Shown here piece by piece: positions 17,577 to 22,516 of a DNA stretch of 22,516 nt. Origin of the DNA: Candidatus Hadarchaeum sp. (lineage in GTDB: Archaea; Hadarchaeota; Hadarchaeia; Hadarchaeales; Hadarchaeaceae); contig NZ_JBMFOX010000020.1 of the NCBI RefSeq assembly GCF_049969415.1, positions 1 through 22,516 of the forward strand. Direction: 5' to 3'. The translations under genes and the position numbers were made by a program. A model generated the notes under the pieces. The model had not been told where the DNA came from. It worked only from the letters and a program-made list of their open reading frames with translations, and searched no databases. Each line of letters starts with the position of its first letter. Within the stretch, counting starts at the first letter, position 1.

Positions 17577-18785
17577 TTAACCACCCCGCCGCGTCTCCAC
17601 TGTTAACCCACCTGCCCCCTGTCTCGCCCAGACATTACAGGTGCCTTCAGAAGATACCATGCACGGCCCCCATGGTTTGGCCGGAGAGCAGCCCTTCATG
17701 AACAGAGGACAGTCCACCGGCTTTGAGATACCGACGACGACTTCACCGCACTTGCATCCCGAAGGCAGATCGTCCCCTGTTTTGGCCTGAAGGTCAGTCT
17801 CGAACCTTGTTTCTGGAATGCCGAAGCATTTCAGGGCATCGAACTTTTCAAACAATTCTCCTTTGAGCCTCAAGCCACTCTGCGGTATGGTTCCCAGACC
17901 CCTCCAAACGGCATCAGTCCTCTCGAAGATGGACGCGATGGCATCCTTCGCGTAGACGTTTCCTTCCCAGCGGACCAGCCTCTTGTATTCTATCCTCGTC
18001 TCAGCTCGTTTTTCCTTGAGCATGAGCAATATTTGGGCAACGGCCATCAGCACGTCGATGGGTTCAAATCCGGCAACAACGGTGGGCAGGTGATGTTCTC
18101 TGGGGAGAAAATCCCAGGCAGAAGCCCCGATTATTGCCGAGACGTGGCCCGGGGCAATTATCCCTCGGATTGGGAGCAGCCCCCGATCTTGGTGGACCTT
18201 AATAGTGTATTTCATCGCCGGGGGCGTCAGCCTGATGGCGTTGAGAAATTTTAGGTTTTCTGGAACCAGTCCAGCCCTGAAAGACAGCGCATAGCTCGGC
18301 ACGGTGGTTTCGAACCCGATCGCGAAAAAAACGCTTTCCCTTCCCGTCCTTCTGGCTTCGGAAATGGCGTCCAGATAGCTGTAGACGACCCTGACCTCGC
18401 CACCGCAGGACTTAGCTTCCTCAAGGTTGGCAGGATAACTTAAGCTTGAGCCACGGAGCTTGAGGACATCCCCATAGGTGTAAATCCTCACCCCTTCCAG
18501 CGCCAATTTAACTGCAGCGTCGACGTAGCTGGCGGGGGTCACGCAGACCGGACAGCCCGGCCCGGCCACTAGGTCGAGAAAGGGCGGAAGTAAAGATCTG
18601 ATTCCGTATCTGGTCGTGGTCCATTCATGGGTCCCGCAGAAATTCATTATTTTTATCGTTTCAACATTTTCCCGGTCCTTGATCTCCTCGGCATGCTCAT
18701 TGATGGTTACCTTGAGCTTATCCGCTAGAGCCAAGTTCTGCCTGAAAACCTCCCTTATCTGGTCCTGATCCAGGGCCGCGACCAT
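17577..18785 (-). CDS. hypD: Hydrogenase maturation protein HypD
   Basis: Motifs CGTHE, GPGCPVCVTP, GFETT, PGHVS, GFEP.D, and C-terminal C.C...CPLF...C.P..P.GPCMVSSEG.C. Confidence 0.95.
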   Translation of the reverse strand: MVAALDQDQIREVFRQNLALADKLKVTINEHAEEIKDRENVETIKIMNFCGTHEWTTTRYGIRSLLPPFLDLVAGPGCPVCVTPASYVDAAVKLALEGVRIYTYGDVLKLRGSSLSYPANLEEAKSCGGEVRVVYSYLDAISEARRTGRESVFFAIGFETTVPSYALSFRAGLVPENLKFLNAIRLTPPAMKYTIKVHQDRGLLPIRGIIAPGHVSAIIGASAWDFLPREHHLPTVVAGFEPIDVLMAVAQILLMLKEKRAETRIEYKRLVRWEGNVYAKDAIASIFERTDAVWRGLGTIPQSGLRLKGELFEKFDALKCFGIPETRFETDLQAKTGDDLPSGCKCGEVVVGISKPVDCPLFMKGCSPAKPWGPCMVSSEGTCNVWARQGAGGLTVETRRGG

Positions 18786-18948
18786 GCGCCAGCACCATCT
18801 CGTCTATTGGGAAGGGTGTTAATAAAGCACCGAGTTCAAGAATCTCAATTTAGAATTTTTTAAATCCTAGTTTATTTTCGATGACAAAGTTTAAATGCAC
18901 TCGTTCATTAGTCTGAAAGAAGCAGGAAACGGGCGTGGTGGTGGAAGG
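18786..18948. promoter_or_regulatory. Divergent promoter region hypDC / hydBGDA
   Basis: Plus strand CAAAG-TTTAAAT (TATA at 18890-18896). Minus strand TTTATTAA near 18827-18819. GGTGG SD before TTG 18949. Confidence 0.55.
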
Positions 18949-19995
18949 TTGGAAAAATACCTCGTGGCCAAAGCAAGCTTCCTTAAACGGATAGATCAAG
19001 AAATCAGCGAGGGTAAGGAAGTCATCGCGCCGGTAAAGCAGGAGAATCAGGCCAACTTCCACAGGTTGAGGTCCACCAAGGAAGTTCTCTGGGGTGGTCC
19101 GCAGACGGTTCTCTCGGCGAAGGCCATTGTTTTTCCACCAAAGGAGGAGCTGCTCAGGTATGAGGTTAACGATGAAATCAGGGTTCAGCCCAGCGTTGAG
19201 ACGAAACCGCTAATCCTGCTGGGAGTGCACCCCTGTGACATCAACGGCATATCGCTGCTGGATAAAGTTTTCACGGAGAAGAATGTGGACGAGCACTACG
19301 TTAAGAAGCGGGAAAATCTCACCATCATCGGAGTTGAATGTTTGGAACCCTGTTCTCAGGAATCTTTTTGCTATCGCAAGGATTCCGTCTTTCCCTGGGA
19401 TGGATTCGATCTCTTCCTGACGGACATGGGAAGGAACTTTTTTGTTGAAGTCGGTTCGGCGAAGGGGGAAGCGCTTATCTCAGAGCTGGGAAGTAAGGCC
19501 ACGCAGGCCGATTTGGAAAAGGTCAAGAAGATCAGAAAAGAAAGGGACGCGCTGTTTGATCAGGAGCAGCGGAAGTTGAAGCCCAAGCTTTCAGATCTAC
19601 CCCGGCTGTTAAGGGAGAATTACGATTCGCCCGTTTGGACCGAGCGCGGTGCCAAGTGTTTTGGCTGCGGCTCCTGCAACATGGTCTGTCCCACCTGCTA
19701 CTGTTTTGACGTCCGGGACTGCGTCGAACTGGATTTGAAACACGGTAGCCGCTCAAGATGGTGGGACGGGTGCATGCTCACCGATTTCACTAGGGTGGCC
19801 ACAGGTGAGATCTTTCGGGAAGATCGGGGGGCAAGGCTCCGTCACCGGACGTACCGTAAGGATTGTTATCTCTTTGAAAAATGGGGGCGGAGTTTTTGTA
19901 CTGGGTGCGGCCGGTGCGGGAAAGCCTGTTTGACGAAGATAGTTGACCCTCTAGACATCGCCAATGAAATTTATGGAAGGAGCAGATCCAGATGA
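18949..19995 (+). CDS. hydB: Group 3b [NiFe]-hydrogenase (sulfhydrogenase) beta subunit, Fe-S protein
   Basis: 'GVHPCDI', 'CFGCGSCNMVCPTCYCF', 'R.WDGC...F..VA.G..FR', 'CTGCGRCGKAC'. TTG start after GGTGGTGG. Confidence 0.9.
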   Translation: MEKYLVAKASFLKRIDQEISEGKEVIAPVKQENQANFHRLRSTKEVLWGGPQTVLSAKAIVFPPKEELLRYEVNDEIRVQPSVETKPLILLGVHPCDINGISLLDKVFTEKNVDEHYVKKRENLTIIGVECLEPCSQESFCYRKDSVFPWDGFDLFLTDMGRNFFVEVGSAKGEALISELGSKATQADLEKVKKIRKERDALFDQEQRKLKPKLSDLPRLLRENYDSPVWTERGAKCFGCGSCNMVCPTCYCFDVRDCVELDLKHGSRSRWWDGCMLTDFTRVATGEIFREDRGARLRHRTYRKDCYLFEKWGRSFCTGCGRCGKACLTKIVDPLDIANEIYGRSRSR

Positions 19996-20807
19996 CGATA
20001 TACAAGCCGGAAATTGCGTTGATAAAAAGGGTTGAGGTGCTGACCGAGACGGAAAGGCTGTTTGATCTGGAGATGCTCTCGGGAAAAAGATTGGATCACC
20101 GACCGGGTCAGTTTGTGGAGCTATCTATTTTCGGCGTCGGTGAGGCCCCAATCTCGATCTCGTCAGCCCCTTCTGAGGATCCCACCTTCCAGCTTTGCGT
20201 TAGAAAAATTGGCAACGTAACCACGGCCATGCATGCCAAGAAGCCAGGGGATAAGGTTGGTATTCGGGGACCATTCGGCAACGGCTTTGACTTGAACGAT
20301 TTCAAGGGCTGGGACGTGCTGTTGATCGGCGCTGGCTTGGGGCTGGCCCCGCTCCGGTCGTTAATCTGGGCAGTCCTGAATTCGAGACAGGATTTCGGCA
20401 GGGTTTATATCATCCACGGTGCTAGAAGCCCCTCGTTGCTTCTATTCAAGGATGAGCTGAAGGAGTGGGAGAAAAGGACTGATGTTGAGTTTTACTCAAC
20501 AGTTGACGTGGCCGATGAGACATGGCGCGGAAATGTGGGCGTCATCAGCACGATAATTCCACAGGTGAACTTTGATCCTGAGAACACCCAAGCGGTGATA
20601 GTCGGCCCGCCCGTGGTTTACAAGTTCGTCATCAAAGAGCTGAAGAACCGAGGGATGGCAGATAAGAACATCTGGGTGGACCTTGAGAGGAAAATGAAAT
20701 GCGGGGTGGGCAAGTGTGGGCATTGCCAGATAAACAACCTTTACGTTTGTCAGGATGGTCCAGTTTTTCGATACGATAGGATTAGAAACCTACCGGAGGC
20801 GATATGA
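19992..20807 (+). CDS. hydG: Group 3b hydrogenase gamma subunit (FAD/NAD(P)-binding, 2Fe-2S)
   Basis: 'PGQF..LS..GVGEAPISISS', 'GIRGPFGNGF', 'GLGLAPLRS', 'LERKMKCGVGKCGHCQI....VC.DGPVF'. ATGA overlap with hydB. Confidence 0.92.
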   Translation: MTIYKPEIALIKRVEVLTETERLFDLEMLSGKRLDHRPGQFVELSIFGVGEAPISISSAPSEDPTFQLCVRKIGNVTTAMHAKKPGDKVGIRGPFGNGFDLNDFKGWDVLLIGAGLGLAPLRSLIWAVLNSRQDFGRVYIIHGARSPSLLLFKDELKEWEKRTDVEFYSTVDVADETWRGNVGVISTIIPQVNFDPENTQAVIVGPPVVYKFVIKELKNRGMADKNIWVDLERKMKCGVGKCGHCQINNLYVCQDGPVFRYDRIRNLPEAI

Positions 20808-20808
20808 G

Positions 20809-21552
20809 ATGAAACCAAAAGTTGCCTTCTTTGACTTTGCCTGTTGCGAAGGCTGCCAGCTGACCGTTCTTTCCATTGGGGATAAGCTTCTGGATCTCTT
20901 TGAGTCAGTTGAAGTGGTTAACTTCCGCGAGGCCTCCAGCTATAAGGGGCAAGATTACGACATCGCATTTGTTGAGGGTTCGGTTGCGACGCCAAAGGAC
21001 ATCGAGAGGGTAAAGGAGATCAGGAAGCGGGCTAAGGTGGTGGTGGCCCTCGGTGCCTGCGCCCACATCGCCGGCGTAAATGCCATTAGGAACTTCCACA
21101 ACCAGCAGGAGATCAGAAAAATGGTCTATGGAGATAAGGCTTGGGTATTCGACTCAATATTGGCCCAGCCGATCGACGCAGTGATCAAGGTGGACTATTA
21201 CGTCCCCGAGTGCCCGATCGACAAGGAGGAGTTCCTCCGCTTTGTCACCCAACTTCTGAACAAGATGAAGCCCTTCATTCCAGATTACCCTGTCTGTGTG
21301 GAGTGCAAGATGAAGGGAAATGTCTGCAATTATCATAAGCCGAATCCGATCATCTGTTTGGGCCCAGTAACGAGGGGAGGGTGCGGCGCCATATGTCCAT
21401 CGGCCGGCAACGCCTGCGAGGGCTGCCGTGGTTTAGTGCCGGATGCCAACTTGGAGGCGATGGAATGGTTGTTAAATGAATATGGCATCTCCGCAGAGGA
21501 CAAGTTCCGGTTCTATAGGATGTACAACGGTTTGATGGGGATGAAAAAATGA
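20809..21552 (+). CDS. hydD: Group 3b hydrogenase delta (small) subunit
   Basis: 'F..CCEGCQL', 'FVEGSV', 'ALGACA..AGV', 'VDYYVPECP', 'PVCVEC', 'CLGPVT.GGCGA.CP.....CEGCRG'. Confidence 0.92.
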   Translation: MKPKVAFFDFACCEGCQLTVLSIGDKLLDLFESVEVVNFREASSYKGQDYDIAFVEGSVATPKDIERVKEIRKRAKVVVALGACAHIAGVNAIRNFHNQQEIRKMVYGDKAWVFDSILAQPIDAVIKVDYYVPECPIDKEEFLRFVTQLLNKMKPFIPDYPVCVECKMKGNVCNYHKPNPIICLGPVTRGGCGAICPSAGNACEGCRGLVPDANLEAMEWLLNEYGISAEDKFRFYRMYNGLMGMKK

Positions 21553-22516
21553 GCGGCAAGGATCTGGATATATACATTCACCACCTCACCCGGGTCGAGG
21601 GCCACGGAAATATTCTGGTGGATGTAAAGAATGGCGAACTGAAGGAGGTTAAGCTTGAAATAATCGAGTCACCGAGGTTCTTTGAAGCGATGCTAGTTGG
21701 CCGGCGCTTTCCCGAGGCGGTTCACATCGCTTGCAGGATCTGCGGCATCTGTTCCATCTCTCACACGGCCGCCTCGATAAAGGCCGTTGAGGACGCGCTG
21801 GGAATCAAGCCGACGTGGCAGACGGAGACTCTGAGAAAAATATTAATGGATGCTGAGATGCTGGACTCTCACGCGCTGCACACCTTTTTCCTTGCTGCTC
21901 CGGATTTCTTTGGACTACCCTCGGTAATCCCGATGGCTTCCACCCACCGCGACATCGTTAAAACGGCAATCAATCTCAAGAAGCTGGCCCATGATATCTG
22001 CGACGTTATGGTGGGCCGACACACTCATCCGATTTCAATGGTGGTAGATGGCTTCACCAACTTGGTGACTGAGGAACAGCTGGCCGGACTTTTGATGAAA
22101 ATAAAACAGGCGCAGAAAGAAGACATTCCGCGGATGCTGGATTTCTTCTCCAAGCTAAAGTTTCCCGATTTTGAACGAAGGACCAATTACAGCTGTTTGG
22201 TCAACCCTGAGGAGTATCCCTTTTATGATGGGATGATAAAATCCTCCGAGGCCGGTGTTTTCAAGCCCCGGGATTACAAGCAGAAGATTGCCGAGCGCGT
22301 CGTGGACCACTCTACGGCCAAGCATGCCTTTGGTCCGGTGAAGCCCTACATGGTCGGTGCGCTTGCTCGGTTCAACACCAACTATAAACAGCTGCTGCCG
22401 GAGGCCCAGAAGGCCGCCGAGCTTTTGGGTCTGGAGGCACCGAGCTACAATCCTTACCACATAACATTGGCCCAGATGGTCGAGATTGTCCACAGCTTGG
22501 AGTCCATGACCTGCCT
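21549..22516 (+). CDS. hydA: Group 3b [NiFe]-hydrogenase alpha (large, catalytic) subunit, 3'-truncated by window edge; absent from the ORF track
   Basis: Manual translation from ATG 21549 (ATGA overlap with hydD): MSGKDLDIYIHHLTRVEGHG...ESPRFFE...RICGICSISH (L1 Ni-binding motif)...APDF...HSTAKH...YMVGALAR...NPY. Open to the window end. Confidence 0.95.
   Translation, partial: MSGKDLDIYIHHLTRVEGHGNILVDVKNGELKEVKLEIIESPRFFEAMLVGRRFPEAVHIACRICGICSISHTAASIKAVEDALGIKPTWQTETLRKILMDAEMLDSHALHTFFLAAPDFFGLPSVIPMASTHRDIVKTAINLKKLAHDICDVMVGRHTHPISMVVDGFTNLVTEEQLAGLLMKIKQAQKEDIPRMLDFFSKLKFPDFERRTNYSCLVNPEEYPFYDGMIKSSEAGVFKPRDYKQKIAERVVDHSTAKHAFGPVKPYMVGALARFNTNYKQLLPEAQKAAELLGLEAPSYNPYHITLAQMVEIVHSLESMTC

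Noticed and set aside
18949-22516. Selenocysteine or stop-codon recoding in hydrogenase or other redox genes
   Set aside because: All visible frames are uninterrupted with Cys at the expected motifs. The HydA C-terminal motif lies outside the window and cannot be judged.

Overview
Archaeal chromosomal window. Evidence: TATA/BRE-type promoters, GGTGA/GGAGG ribosome-binding sites, and archaea-typical families (TrmG10, DUF54, DUF504, DUF835). A thermophilic, anaerobic lineage such as Hadarchaeota is plausible but is inference only. The left half holds two nucleoside/sugar-type ABC permeases lacking ATPase and binding protein, DUF504, an MBL hydrolase, a PflX-like radical SAM gene and a prs-trmG10-rnz operon. 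The centre has a kinase-less 4xPAS-DUF835 sensor, the electron-bifurcating NfnAB/SudAB pair and a phosphohexomutase-Lrp-UPF0200-DUF54 cluster. The right half has thioredoxin and thioredoxin reductase, a GDT1/TMEM165 transporter, hypDC and a divergent group 3b [NiFe]-hydrogenase operon (hydBGDA, with hydA running off the window). The best signal outside the ORF track is a complete box C/D guide sRNA at 9918-9977 (-), whose D' guide predicts 2'-O-methylation of 23S rRNA C1920 (E. coli numbering, helix 69, the TlyA site). I saw no mobile element, CRISPR array, tRNA or rRNA, and no clearly new multi-gene system. The other leads are the PAS-DUF835 sensor with its structured leader, several structured intergenic elements and possible non-AUG starts.
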